In this document: positions 50,615 to 64,000 of the stretch, piece after piece
How the letters are laid out: the number at the start of each line of letters is the position of its first letter
Position numbering within the stretch: the first letter of the stretch is position 1
DNA from: the human T2T-CHM13v2.0 reference genome, Homo sapiens
Assembly (NCBI RefSeq): GCF_009914755.1
Contig: NC_060930.1
Length of the DNA stretch: 64,000 nt
Reading direction: 5' to 3' (one strand)
The notes under the pieces: generated by a model
The model's input: the letters and a program-made list of their open reading frames with translations, nothing else
Told to the model about the DNA's origin: nothing
Database searches by the model: none
Program-made: the position numbers and the translations under genes

Positions 50615-51235
50615 TGTATTAGTTTTCTATGTTGTTATATAACAAGTTACCACAAACTTAGCAGCTTAAAACAACATAAATGTATGATCCTCCAGTGTCT
50701 GTGGATCAGGAATCTGGCACAGTGTGACTGGGCCTCTGCTCAGGGTCCCACAGGCTAAAATCAAGGTGTCTGCCAGCACTGTGAGCTCTTTGAAGGCTCA
50801 GGGTCCTCGTCCGAGTTTATTTAAGTCATTGGCAGAATTCACTTGCTTGTGTTTGTGAGGCTGCAGTCCCGTTTTCTTGTTGACTATCTTCTGCCCACCT
50901 TCCCTAACACGTGATCCCCCTCCACAGCATGCCAGTTGCTTCTTCAAGGCCAGCAGGAAAATATCTCTGACTTGCTTCCTCTCTAAGCTCTAGATCCAAA
51001 CTTAAAGGGCTACCTGGACAATCTCCCTTCTGTTTAAACTCACAATCGGCTGATTAGTAACTATAATCACATCTGTTAAGCCCCTTTTGCCATGTAACAT
51101 ACATAACATAATCATGGGAGTGATACCATCGTATTCATAGGTCCCACCCACACTGAAGGGGAGGGGCTCATGGAAGGTGCCCACCGGGCAGGGGGTGCTG
51201 GATCTTCGGGGCCATCTTAGATTTCTGCCCCCACA
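50615..51235 (-). mobile_element. MaLR solo LTR (MLT1E-like)
   Basis: TG...CA ends; reverse strand begins TGTGGGGGCAGAAATCTAAGATGGCCCC; taacaagttaccacaaacttagcagcttaaaacaaca. Confidence 0.85.
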
Positions 51236-51260
51236 GAGCACATCTTGGCTCCACAACTTA

Positions 51261-51600
<340 letters not shown>

Positions 51601-51692
51601 GTCCAAAGACAATAGAGATGACTAGAAGGGATGGATGGGCCTTTGACTTTCAGAAATGCCTAAATGTATGCATTTTATTTAAAATATTGCAG

Positions 51693-51843
51693 TGCCTGGA
51701 AGCAGCGAGCCCTTTATGACGCAAGGACAGATGCCCAACAGCAGCATGCAGGACATGTACAACCAAAGTCCCTCCGGAGCAATGTCTAACCTGGGCATGG
51801 GGCAGCGCCAGCAGTTTCCCTATGGAGCCAGTTACGACCGAAG
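51693..51843 (+). CDS. ARID1B: ARID1B exon 16, 151 nt: (V)[11 protein letters not shown]...ASYDR(R)
   Basis: atattgcag| acceptor, AAG|gtgagt donor, phase 1 to 2. Confidence 0.95.
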
Positions 51844-54338
51844 GTGAGTATTTTTTAAGATGACAATATGATGATTTACTAGAAACCGTGCTTTCCTCAC
51901 ACACACATTTCTGAGCCCTGGCAGCTGAGCCACTGATGACAATATACAGTGTCCCCTTTCCTGTGAAAGTAAAGAGGCAATGGCTGCTGGTCACCAGGTG
52001 AGTGTCAGGTGGCTGCCCTCAGTAGATGGCTATTCAGGACCAGGGAGAAGGACCTTGGCCTTGGTAGGAGTCTTCTTCCCGAAGTCAAGAGCCAGGGCCG
52101 CCACAAGTCACGCTGGCACCCGGCACCAGCACCCAGCTTCCTTCTGAGGGACTGCCAGCTGCACACTCCAGACATGGCTCGCCTGGAGCTCCTGGATGCC
52201 TGGGCCTCCACAGCACCCGCTCCCCTCCCTCCCTTCTTTCTGTCTGGGGGAAAGGCCTGTGCAGTGGTAGCCACACTGGGCTTTCAGCATTCTGGAAAGG
52301 TCTTCCAGGCAGTGCTTTTCCCCTGTGAATATTTTAAACAGAGGGACAATACTTTGCTCTTTAATAAACATCTCTAGAAAACCCACAGCACAGGCCTCAC
52401 TGCAGCCTCGCTTAAGGAAGTCATCTTGAAATGACTGAAAATGGCAAGTTAAACTTGCAAGTTAAAATGGCAAGTTCAGCTGCAGGACTGATGATGCAGA
52501 GTGATTTGTAACTAGATAGGAGGAAAAGTTATTGAAATGGCTCTGAAAGGTAACCTGAAAACTGCTTCCTAAGATGATGGCATAGGGTAGGCTTCTTTTT
52601 GTGAAGAAAGTCCCTTGCCTGGGCCCTGACTTCAATACTCATTGTCACAAAAACCCCTTCCCCTTGTTGGGTATGTTCTCTACCTCCTAGTAAGAGACAT
52701 GATGATAAGCAAGGTTTTCATATAATATTTCAGATTTTTAAAGAAAAAAGATAGAGGCATAATAGAAGGGCTTTTCCCTCCCCGGAGCCACAGTGTGTGC
52801 CACAGGGTGGAGCTGACTTCGGGATCGCGGCCTTCGGAAGCTGCGTGTGCTGTTCTACCGGGGACCGGCTGGGCCAGAGCCGCTCACCTTTCATCAGCCC
52901 ACATGCTGGGGTCACAGGGATGGGTCAGTGGGAAAGCTTCCTCAGTGTAATACAAAGGAGAAAAAGGTTGAAAAATCACGGCTTTACCAAATGAGGTTTC
53001 TTTATGGTATTGTCTGTGAGCCTTGTTCTTGAGAGTCCATCCCATGTTTAAGGAGACACGGTGCTTTCTCCTAGGGACCTAGGAATTTACTCTTCTAATT
53101 CTTAACCCGGCCATAATACGGCCAATATTTACTTGTGATATATTCGTTAATCAGTTAACCATAAGGTAACATTTAGTGTGCTGAATCAAGGATTTCAGTT
53201 AGGTTTGTTTTGTTTCTGAGGGTCCAGGAAAAGCTACAGATGTTTTTTTGGGGGGGGTAGCTGGCAAGATTAGAAGAACAATTATCTGGGCTCTATCTAC
53301 CACATTAAAGAGAGGTTTACCTCATTGTTAAGTTTTCTCTTCTGAAAAATGTTGCTTGTTAGGCAACTTAAATTTTACCCATGTCAATTACATTTCTTTC
53401 CTCCTATCTCTGCATTTCCTTCTTAGATATCAAAGTAGTTATCAAAAGTTCCCGTGTCTGTTTCACATGTGATAGTCTAAAAATTCAGTTATTTGTTTTT
53501 ATTATTCTCATTCCTTGATCAGCTTAGGAATATATTCAGTCCATTGTTCCCTTTCTTACAAGATTTAGTATATTAAACCAATGTATTTTTCAAAGTTCCA
53601 AATCTATTGTCTTTTAAAACATGCTATTTTTTATGGTATTTATAATTTCTTAATATACTAGTAGTTGAAAAATGAATGTATTATTCATTTCCATTTTAAG
53701 ATGTAATAGGTGTACATTTGAATCATCCCTGTTATTCTTTTCTGGAGCCTTTTAGGGCATAGGACTGTGAAATTCTGAGCACTTGTATTTATATAATGAT
53801 TAGCTAACATTTGAATTAAATTTGAAGTATAGCTTTTAAAAATTAAACATTTTCCATTCATAATGAGAATGTGCAAAGTACAAACATTTTGATGTTCTGG
53901 CACTTGTAGGAACATTGCCTTTGAGTCTTAAGTTCTTCTTGCTGTTTCTTGCTTCCCTTAATGCCTGTCATCACAGCACTGTACGACACTTCCTAAGGTA
54001 CACGTCAGTGGACAGGCGGGGCTGCGGCCTCCAAGCAGAGGCCAGAGGCTCTAACAAGTGCTTACAGGGTGCCTGCCTGCTCAACCGGTATTCCTCTGAC
54101 ACCTATTAGCCAACAGCCCAAACTAGGAGCTTGGCACCATTCCCAAAATGGGTGTTCCCATCCCTGGTGCTAACAGTTGGCGTGCAGCTGCCTCTCAGAG
54201 GGCCTTTGTCGGAGGGGTGCGCAGTAAAAGCCACACAGAGCTGCTTGAGGGAGTCAGGGTTCCAGAAATGGATTGTTTATTTCTCTGTTTGCCTGAAGCT
54301 TTTTCTCAGTTAAGTTTTCTTTGAATGCCTCATTCCAG

Positions 54339-54435
54339 GCATGAACCTTATGGGCAGCAGTATCCAGGCCAAGGCCCTCCCTCGGGACAGCCGCCGTATG
54401 GAGGGCACCAGCCCGGCCTGTACCCACAGCAGCCG
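54339..54435 (+). CDS. ARID1B: ARID1B exon 17, 97 nt: [10 protein letters not shown]...LYPQQP
   Basis: cctcattccag| acceptor, CCG|gtgagt donor, phase 2 to 0. Confidence 0.95.
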
Positions 54436-55188
54436 GTGAGTTGGCAAGTGGGCGTGGGGTGCTGTGTTTTCTGGTTCTGTCCTGGAGGCTAAAACTCAAA
54501 CTTGTCTTACTTCTGAAGATTTTCAGACATCTAACAAAAATGATTAGTGTTTGTTGAGCATTCAGGATATAGTTAATGCTAGAAAGTACTCCTGGGATGT
54601 TGAAGTCAGCAAATTAAAAATAACTCTTGATACACGGTTTCTTGAAACACATATGACCTGTAATAAGAAGTTGAGTGTATTCATCCTTGTAAATAATAAC
54701 AAGCCCAAGCTAGAATTAGTATATTTTAAACATGTATCTATTGTGCATACTGTTGTATCAGAAGCCATTTTAGAACAGAAATTTGTCAATGCTTTAAGGA
54801 GAATGTGTAGAAAAGCAACTTAAAATATTGTATACTAATAGTGAAAGTGAATTGGCTTATTTAAAAATGAGATAAGATGCTAATGATACTTATTTTGAAT
54901 AAGTAGGACAGGTTTTTGCTGGTTCACAGGTGACCATTGCAGCTCAGAGATGCTAAGTTACGCAGGATCTCCCCCTTACAGTGACCAGTGCCGCTGCAGG
55001 AACCGCCCTTCGTGGTGTGGCTTTCCAGACATACAGGACTTTGCTGTTTTTAAAAAACTTTTCAGATCTGAGAACTCTTGCAAAAAATAAAAATTTTGAA
55101 AACTATATATATGTTATATAATTATAATAATTATATATAATAATATGTATATCATTTTTCATTTATTTAATTTTGCTGGAGCATATAG

Positions 55189-55494
<306 letters not shown>

Positions 55495-56232
55495 AGTGAA
55501 TTGCATTATTAAACCAACTGATCTTAAACAGTTTTCAAGTAAAGTGGAAAACATCAGCATCTCACTGCCTCCCATCAGAGTCCCACCTACCCCGATTAAG
55601 CACTGGTCCCGGAGCATCCTGGGAAGCAAGCTTAATAACAGGTGTGGTCCCAGCCCTGTCCTCAGTGCTGGGACCAGTGGGGCTTTGGGGGAGCCACACC
55701 TGACCAGGCCAGAAGTCAGGGCAGGAGCCGTGGGATGGATGTTGGGTGACACGGGCCAGTCTGGGGAGCCGAGTCCTGTTCGGGGGCTTTTCTGTAAAAT
55801 GAGGCCCAAGAAACCCTTTTACCCCAAGACCCTTTCAGGCCGGCCCCTGGATGCTGGCTTTCCTGTGAGAGGGTCCTTCTGCCTCCTGCTGTGGTCCTAG
55901 TGCAGCTCCCAGCCCGGGAGCCGTCTGCCTGTGTGGGAGTTGAACGCTGGCTGTCCCGGTGGCACAGCCTAAGGAGAGGAGGCTTTTTTTTTTCCACAGG
56001 AAGTTTCAAACACGTGAAAACAAACTTTGGATGCTCTCTCCTCAGTGTGTGACATGGTGTATATAATACTGAAATATTGAACATAAATTGTTAGTTCTCT
56101 GTTGTTATAGGAGCTTCCCATATTCATTTTGAAATGAACATTCTAGCAGGTAATAACTATTTTGCATAATTTCAGTGTGTGATTATACCTGTAAGAGCAC
56201 ATCAGGATGATTTGTCTTTCTGTGAATTCCAG

Positions 56233-57016
56233 AATTACAAACGCCATATGGACGGCATGTACGGGCCCCCAGCCAAGCGCCACGAGGGCGACATGTACAA
56301 CATGCAGTACAGCAGCCAGCAGCAGGAGATGTACAACCAGTATGGAGGCTCCTACTCGGGCCCGGACCGCAGGCCCATCCAGGGCCAGTACCCGTATCCC
56401 TACAGCAGGGAGAGGATGCAGGGCCCGGGGCAGATCCAGACACACGGAATCCCGCCTCAGATGATGGGCGGCCCGCTGCAGTCGTCCTCCAGTGAGGGGC
56501 CTCAGCAGAATATGTGGGCAGCACGCAATGATATGCCTTATCCCTACCAGAACAGGCAGGGCCCTGGCGGCCCTACACAGGCGCCCCCTTACCCAGGCAT
56601 GAACCGCACAGACGATATGATGGTACCCGATCAGAGGATAAATCATGAGAGCCAGTGGCCTTCTCACGTCAGCCAGCGTCAGCCTTATATGTCGTCCTCA
56701 GCCTCCATGCAGCCCATCACACGCCCACCACAGCCGTCCTACCAGACGCCACCGTCACTGCCAAATCACATCTCCAGGGCGCCCAGCCCAGCGTCCTTCC
56801 AGCGCTCCCTGGAGAACCGCATGTCTCCAAGCAAGTCTCCTTTTCTGCCGTCTATGAAGATGCAGAAGGTCATGCCCACGGTCCCCACATCCCAGGTCAC
56901 CGGGCCACCACCCCAACCACCCCCAATCAGAAGGGAGATCACCTTTCCTCCTGGCTCAGTAGAAGCATCACAACCAGTCTTGAAACAAAGGCGAAAGATT
57001 ACCTCCAAAGATATCG
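56233..57016 (+). CDS. ARID1B: ARID1B exon 18, 784 nt: [19 protein letters not shown]...RRKITSKDI
   Basis: gaattccag| acceptor, TCG|gtaaga donor, phase 0 to 1; ORF 56179..57048. Confidence 0.97.
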
Positions 57017-57212
57017 GTAAGAATTCCAAAGCTTTCATTCTGAAATGAATTCCAGTTGCAGTGTAGAATTTTAATTTTAGTAAAGATGCTGTTCCTGCTC
57101 ATCTTAAAGGGATGAAAAAATTATGACTAGAAGTTATCAAGATGCGTTTTTATATAGGAGTAATATAGTTGGAGGCTGCTAATCTGAATTAAGAAATAGT
57201 GCCAGAAAGATT

Positions 57213-57317
57213 GGCCGGGCGCGGTGGCTCATGCCTGTAATACCAGCACTTTGGGAGGCCCAGGCGGGTGGATCACGAGGTCACGAGATCGAGACCATCC
57301 TGGATAACACGGTGAAA
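57213..57317 (+). mobile_element. Left-arm-only young Alu fragment (AluY/Sc8-like)
   Basis: ggccgggcgcggtggctc...gatcacgaggtcacgagatcgagaccatcctggataacacggtgaaa, then an abrupt end. Confidence 0.88.
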
Positions 57318-57971
57318 TAAAATGGTAGTTTTACGTGTGAATGTTATTTGTGTGAAAGATTAGAGCTTCAAGTAAGAGATCAGGGAATCCTGAGTGGTTA
57401 TATGCTGTATTTTGGGCTTAAAGATTTGAACTTAACCAAGCCACTTAATCACTACAATACGTGCCTAACAGACCCCCCCATGAGGCTAATGAAATGCTAA
57501 AGGTGACCTGAGAAAATCTGAAGGCAAGCCACTCTGTAATTTGGTGACAACATACAGTGAATTTCCGTGGGAAAAAGTTAAAGCTTGTATGTAATATGTA
57601 GATTGATAGATGGTATGACATAAAGAATATGCTATGCTGTGATACATAGAACTGATATCATCCAATGCACTGGTAGACTTGGGCCAAGAACCATGTCAAT
57701 CGAATGCTGATGTTGCTTGTTTATCCTCTGTGGGATGTTCTGAATACTAATCAGAGGTCTGGACTATCTGGAAGTACACACAGGGTTTCTGCATTATTTT
57801 TGAAGTACTTTTAACACAGGAAGGAAGATAATAGATCTGAGTTATATTAGGAAAAATTACTCAAAAAATATCAAGAACAAATTGACTTAAAATCTTTTTC
57901 AGTGATTAGAAAATTAAAGATATTAATAATTTGAAAGACATCAATCACTGGACATTAAGGAGATGTAGATT

Positions 57972-58176
57972 GAGAGACCAGGGCAGGAGAATCACTTGAA
58001 CTCAGGAATTCGAGACCACCCTTGGACAACCTAGCAAAACCTCGTCTCTACTAAAAAGAAAAAAAATTAGCCAAAAGTGAGATTCATTTCTGTAGTCCCA
58101 GCTATTCAGGAGGCTGAGGTAGGAGGATCACTTGAGCCCAGGAGATCAAGGCTTCAGCAGTGACTGTGCCACTGTA
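57972..58176 (+). mobile_element. Internal AluJ-like fragment
   Basis: aggagaatcacttgaactcaggaattcgagacc...tgtagtcccagctattcaggaggctgagg...ccactgta. Confidence 0.8.
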
Positions 58177-58440
58177 TACACACACACACACACACATATT
58201 CCTTTATATATATCTATCCATTTATATATAATGCATGTGTATCTATATCCCTTTATATATATATATAGATAGATATAAATATAGATATATAGATATATAT
58301 AGAATATGTGTGTGTGTGTATTTATATGGGGTTGCAGAGGGAGAGAAGGAGACACAGACACTGAGCACCATTTTATATATAGAAATATATACACACACAC
58401 ACACGTGTATTGTGTGTTTATGTGTGTATATGTATGTTTA
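58175..58440. repeat. (CA)n/(TA)n/(TG)n low-complexity cluster
   Basis: Read directly. Confidence 0.85.
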
Positions 58441-59393
58441 AATAAATACATCTAAATTTTCTAAAAATCTCCCAGTGCGGGTTATATAGCATTTGTCTTC
58501 AACCTAGGGAAATTTACATGTTTATTTTTAAAAGTAATTTTGATTTTTTTATTGTAAAAACAGTATGTAGCTATCTTAGAAAATTTTAAAACAGATAAAA
58601 TAAAAGTGGAAAAGCCACGGTGTCTCCCCCTCATGCAATGATTCTTGGTGCCTGGAGAATGCCCCCAGCCTCCAGGCAGCTCCAGGGATCTGGCCGAGCT
58701 GGGTCTCATGGCAAATCTTCCAAACTTTCTACCTGATCATTTTGTTTCCTTCAGTAGCAGGAATAGGGAAAACAACAAATTACTTCCCATTCTGTGGCTC
58801 CAGCCATACTCCTGAGAAATCTGAGCCATCAAAGTGCTAATATTTATCACAGCATGTTCTGAGGGCAGGAGCACAGGACTAGAGGAAAGCAGCCTGGGAA
58901 GCCAAGGCCGTGTGTCTGAGGAGGCTGTCTTGGAGTTAAATTTTGCTTCCATGTTCTGCATACTTGGCGGCCTTCCAGGACGCCACCTTGAGACACTCGT
59001 GAGTGGTGAAGCCAAAAGAAGACAAATACCACTTTTGGGTTTGACTCATTTATTAAAAGCTCTGATACCACATTGCAGACTCTGTAGGGTGGCTGAAAGA
59101 AATAACCCGGCCATGAGAAAGGACCATCTGTGCTCAACCACTCCACCTCCAGAAGCACTTTCGGCCCCTGCGTGACCAACAAAGCGAGATCTGAAACCAC
59201 AAAAGTTTCTCGTTACAGCTATGGCCTCCATTTAAAATCGGAAATGATCACGCTTAACTGTCCTTGAGAGCATTTGTTTAAAGTCAATATTTAACTTAAC
59301 ACTCCACTTATTTTTTCTTACTCTTTCGTTAACTTTCGTTCTTTCATGCATAGAGTCAACATTCATGATATCCTTGTTCTTCCCCATCTTCAG

Positions 59394-59524
59394 TTACTCC
59401 TGAGGCGTGGCGTGTGATGATGTCCCTTAAATCAGGTCTTTTGGCTGAGAGTACGTGGGCTTTGGACACTATTAATATTCTTCTGTATGATGACAGCACT
59501 GTTGCTACTTTCAATCTCTCCCAG
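59394..59524 (+). CDS. ARID1B: ARID1B exon 19, 131 nt: (V)[24 protein letters not shown]...FNLSQ
   Basis: ccccatcttcag| acceptor, CAG|gtaagc donor, phase 1 to 0. Confidence 0.97.
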
Positions 59525-59959
59525 GTAAGCCAGCATAGTCCAACTAACAACCAAATTAGGATAGGAGAGCATCAGGCCATGCACATTTGTGCTTGAACTA
59601 ATGCCTGAGTTGATGAGCACTGACCGTCCAACACTGTTAATCACTGCAGTTGTTATCAACCAGCCTTAATCAATGTAGAGTTATCTGGGATAATATTCAC
59701 TGTAGTCTTTAGTGTGTGTACACACACATACCTCTATTTCTTATGAGAGAACAGTGACTGTGTGTGTATGTGTATATGGGATAGATGACAGTAGTAACAT
59801 TAAATTGTTCAGAATGAATATTAGCTGGCCAATGGGAAGAAATCAAAATGTAACATTAAGTTGTGACTGGAGTCAGCATTGGAAACACAGTTGGTTGCAA
59901 TGGGACATAACCCTGCTTTCCAGGAGGACTTGACATCTTCTTTTCATTAAAAAGATATT

Positions 59960-60150
59960 CAAGATTTAGAAATTTTATATTCTATACATTTATAGAATGT
60001 ATAAATATATATAGAAGGAGAGAGAGCAGTTTAATGAACCCCCATGTACCTGTCAGTCAGCTAAAATAGTTATGAACTCATGGCTAAACTTACTTCTTAG
60101 TCTATGCTCTCTCATTTCTGCCTCTCTCCAGGTTATTTTGAAGCAGTCAT
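59960..60150 (-). mobile_element. L1MC/ME 3' fragment
   Basis: taatgaacccccatgtacc...aactcatggctaaactt...ggttattttgaagca. Confidence 0.55.
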
Positions 60151-61694
60151 GTAAAAGCCTACTACTTTTAATGAGCTTAAACCCCTCCTTTGTTCAGAGG
60201 TAGGCTTCAGGTAGCTTCCAGCATAATAGCTAGAAGAGAGGAGCACTGAAGTTTGGGGAAAATGCCCGAGTCCACTGGGCTATAGACTTTTAAAGAAATA
60301 TTTAGAAATAAAAAATGGAAAAAGGTCATTTTCCCTATAGTATACAAACAACTCTCTACTTTGAGTGCAAAAACTAAAACACTTAATTTCCTTGCTTCTA
60401 AGGAAATAAGACCAGAATCTTCTACTTCTTTCTTCTCTCATTTAAGCCCTCATTATCAGCCTAGAAAGGCAATTTTTCAATTGCTAGAAAGTTTATTAAT
60501 AAGGTCATAAACATTGTACGAGTTCTGTGTTAACAGAAAATAAGTATTTAAAAACTGTATACTGCATTTGCTAGAGTAATGCGCTTTCATCCTTATGTTA
60601 GGTGAACTGTTGTTGATCACATATTTGCATAACCAGAATTGCTTTATTAACTTTCCCTTTTCCCCTGGAAAAAAAAGGGAAAATGCCCTTGGAACATTGT
60701 GCCTTCAGCACACTAAAAGCAGTTCTTTCTAGTTGGTGCTGGGGGCTTCCCCTGACTTCTTAAAAATTGTTCCAACTCTACTTTCAAGAAACTGACAGTA
60801 GGATATGAAGGTATAGCTGATTTCCAGAACATCTACCGGGAAAGAATCCTTGTTAGAATCCTTGTTACTTACTCTTTAGAGTTCCTAAACATGGTGGGGG
60901 GTGTTGGGAGAGAGGGCAGTTGCTAATCGTGAAGTGTATTGGTTTTTTCTTGGTACAGTTGCTTAAAGGAAACCAAACTTGTTCTTGTAGTCAGTGGTTC
61001 TCTCATAGTGGTTTTTGCCTTTCAGCTAGAGTCATAAATAACTGAAATGTAAAATTGCATTTTATGAAACATTTTAATTTATTTATCATAGGCTAAATTG
61101 ATTTGTTTTTAATTTTCAGTGTTCATGAGCTACCACATTGCTGAAATTATCTTCTCCAAAAGATATATAGAGAACATAAATTAGGGTGACCTATGGTACC
61201 TGAGACAAAAATAACCATAAAATCCTAAGAATAACAACCATAAAAATCCCGGCAAGCAAGTCTCAGATAAATAATAGAAGAGAACAGAGTCACTTTGGGC
61301 AAAAGAGTCTATAAAATCCATGTTCCCACTCTTCTAATAATGAGTACATTGTCTCTAAATCAGGAACAGAAAGGTAAAGAACAGCAAGGCACTCCCTCAG
61401 TGATAAGATTAGAGATATGAGAATAAAAAGTAAGTTTTCGTGTAGATAGTCTAAGCAAGGAAGCAGCAAATAAGGAACATGCTAAACATCGGTTTAGTTT
61501 ATACTGTAAAATTCAGGAAGTTCGCTGGACCTGAAGGGTAGTTTATCTTTCATGGTCCAGCCAAAAAGGGAGACAAACGTGTGACAATGATGGAAAGGTA
61601 TTGACGGGTCTCAGGATCTTTACCCTCCTCGGTCATATCTGATGTCATGACATTGTACCTGTTCTTTCTTTCTTCTCCTCCTCCTCCTCTCCAG

Positions 61695-63419
61695 TTGTCT
61701 GGATTTCTCGAACTTTTAGTCGAGTACTTTAGAAAATGCCTGATTGACATTTTTGGAATTCTTATGGAATATGAAGTGGGAGACCCCAGCCAAAAAGCAC
61801 TTGATCACAACGCAGCAAGGAAGGATGACAGCCAGTCCTTGGCAGACGATTCTGGGAAAGAGGAGGAAGATGCTGAATGTATTGATGACGACGAGGAAGA
61901 CGAGGAGGATGAGGAGGAAGACAGCGAGAAGACAGAAAGCGATGAAAAGAGCAGCATCGCTCTGACTGCCCCGGACGCCGCTGCAGACCCAAAGGAGAAG
62001 CCCAAGCAAGCCAGTAAGTTCGACAAGCTGCCAATAAAGATAGTCAAAAAGAACAACCTGTTTGTTGTTGACCGATCTGACAAGTTGGGGCGTGTGCAGG
62101 AGTTCAATAGTGGCCTTCTGCACTGGCAGCTCGGCGGGGGTGACACCACCGAGCACATTCAGACTCACTTTGAGAGCAAGATGGAAATTCCTCCTCGCAG
62201 GCGCCCACCTCCCCCCTTAAGCTCCGCAGGTAGAAAGAAAGAGCAAGAAGGCAAAGGCGACTCTGAAGAGCAGCAAGAGAAAAGCATCATAGCAACCATC
62301 GATGACGTCCTCTCTGCTCGGCCAGGGGCATTGCCTGAAGACGCAAACCCTGGGCCCCAGACCGAAAGCAGTAAGTTTCCCTTTGGTATCCAGCAAGCCA
62401 AAAGTCACCGGAACATCAAGCTGCTGGAGGACGAGCCCAGGAGCCGAGACGAGACTCCTCTGTGTACCATCGCGCACTGGCAGGACTCGCTGGCTAAGCG
62501 ATGCATCTGTGTGTCCAATATTGTCCGTAGCTTGTCATTCGTGCCTGGCAATGATGCCGAAATGTCCAAACATCCAGGCCTGGTGCTGATCCTGGGGAAG
62601 CTGATTCTTCTTCACCACGAGCATCCAGAGAGAAAGCGAGCACCGCAGACCTATGAGAAAGAGGAGGATGAGGACAAGGGGGTGGCCTGCAGCAAAGATG
62701 AGTGGTGGTGGGACTGCCTCGAGGTCTTGAGGGATAACACGTTGGTCACGTTGGCCAACATTTCCGGGCAGCTAGACTTGTCTGCTTACACGGAAAGCAT
62801 CTGCTTGCCAATTTTGGATGGCTTGCTGCACTGGATGGTGTGCCCGTCTGCAGAGGCACAAGATCCCTTTCCAACTGTGGGACCCAACTCGGTCCTGTCG
62901 CCTCAGAGACTTGTGCTGGAGACCCTCTGTAAACTCAGTATCCAGGACAATAATGTGGACCTGATCTTGGCCACTCCTCCATTTAGTCGTCAGGAGAAAT
63001 TCTATGCTACATTAGTTAGGTACGTTGGGGATCGCAAAAACCCAGTCTGTCGAGAAATGTCCATGGCGCTTTTATCGAACCTTGCCCAAGGGGACGCACT
63101 AGCAGCAAGGGCCATAGCTGTGCAGAAAGGAAGCATTGGAAACTTGATAAGCTTCCTAGAGGATGGGGTCACGATGGCCCAGTACCAGCAGAGCCAGCAC
63201 AACCTCATGCACATGCAGCCCCCGCCCCTGGAACCACCTAGCGTAGACATGATGTGCAGGGCGGCCAAGGCTTTGCTAGCCATGGCCAGAGTGGACGAAA
63301 ACCGCTCGGAATTCCTTTTGCACGAGGGCCGGTTGCTGGATATCTCGATATCAGCTGTCCTGAACTCTCTGGTTGCATCTGTCATCTGTGATGTACTGTT
63401 TCAGATTGGGCAGTTATGA
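61695..63419 (+). CDS. ARID1B: ARID1B terminal exon 20, coding part (574 aa + TGA): acidic D/E tract, BAF250_C/ARM-like domain, LxxLL (LDGLL)
   Basis: (cct)n-ctccag| acceptor; ORF 61647..63419; ends DVLFQIGQL*. Confidence 0.98.
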
Positions 63420-64000
63420 CATAAGTGAGAAGGCAAGCATGTGTGAGTGAAGATTAGAGGGTCACATATAACTGGCTGTTTTCTGTTCTTGTTTATCCAG
63501 CGTAGGAAGAAGGAAAAGAAAATCTTTGCTCCTCTGCCCCATTCACTATTTACCAATTGGGAATTAAAGAAATAATTAATTTGAACAGTTATGAAATTAA
63601 TATTTGCTGTCTGTGTGTATAAGTACATCCTTTGGGGTTTTTTTTTTCTCTTTTTTTTAACCAAAGTTGCTGTCTAGTGCATTCAAAGGTCACTTTTTGT
63701 TCTTCACAGATCTTTTTAATGTTCTTTCCCATGTTGTATTGCATTTTTGGGGGAAGCAAATTGACTTTAAAGAAAAAAGTTGTGGCAAAAGATGCTAAGA
63801 TGCGAAAATTTCACCACACTGAGTCAAAAAGGTGAAAAATTATCCATTTCCTATGCGTTTTACTCCTCAGAGAATGAAAAAAACTGCATCCCATCACCCA
63901 AAGTTCTGTGCAATAGAAATTTCTACAGATACAGGTATAGGGGCTCAAGGAGGTATGTCGGTCAGTAGTCAAAACTATGAAATGATACTGGTTTCTCCAC
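63420..64000 (+). other. ARID1B: ARID1B 3' UTR (proximal part, continues beyond the window)
   Basis: Follows the stop codon; U-rich; no canonical AATAAA seen before the window ends. Confidence 0.9.
63908..63915 (+). promoter_or_regulatory. miR-25/32/92/363/367 family 8mer site (GTGCAATA)
   Basis: Exact complement of seed AUUGCAC plus A1, in the 3' UTR. Confidence 0.6.

Noticed and set aside
51844-54338. Relic of the ARID1A-specific segment (TEPGIGPEG...polyQ) in this intron
   Set aside because: No matching peptide or splice-bounded ORF found by eye
60844-60868. 12-bp tandem duplication (agaatccttgtt x2)
   Set aside because: Ordinary slippage event
56143-63385. Antisense and alternate-frame ORFs over exons 18 and 20
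   Set aside because: Codon-bias shadows of the real CDS

Overview
This is vertebrate (human-like) genomic DNA, not prokaryotic. It holds the 3' part of ARID1B (BAF250B, SWI/SNF/BAF chromatin-remodelling subunit) on the + strand. I traced 13 established coding exons with GT-AG junctions and consistent reading phase, from GNYSRPPAY (4152) to the stop codon (63419). They encode the ARID domain and the C-terminal BAF250_C/Armadillo-like region, and the first ~580 nt of the 3' UTR follow. The introns hold a ~1.9-kb C-rich 32-bp VNTR, about ten Alu elements or fragments, MIR, L2, L1, MaLR-LTR and DNA-transposon relics, and microsatellites. There is no tRNA, rRNA or CRISPR array. The most notable unexplained structure is a set of frame-preserving splice options in the disordered regions around the ARID domain: a duplicated donor (+10 aa), a 129-nt cassette exon with downstream RBFOX motifs and a tandem stop-donor, a candidate 21-nt microexon, and NAGNAG acceptors. 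Exon numbers follow my recollection of the 20-exon transcript that includes the 159-nt exon. Repeat subfamily calls are by eye.
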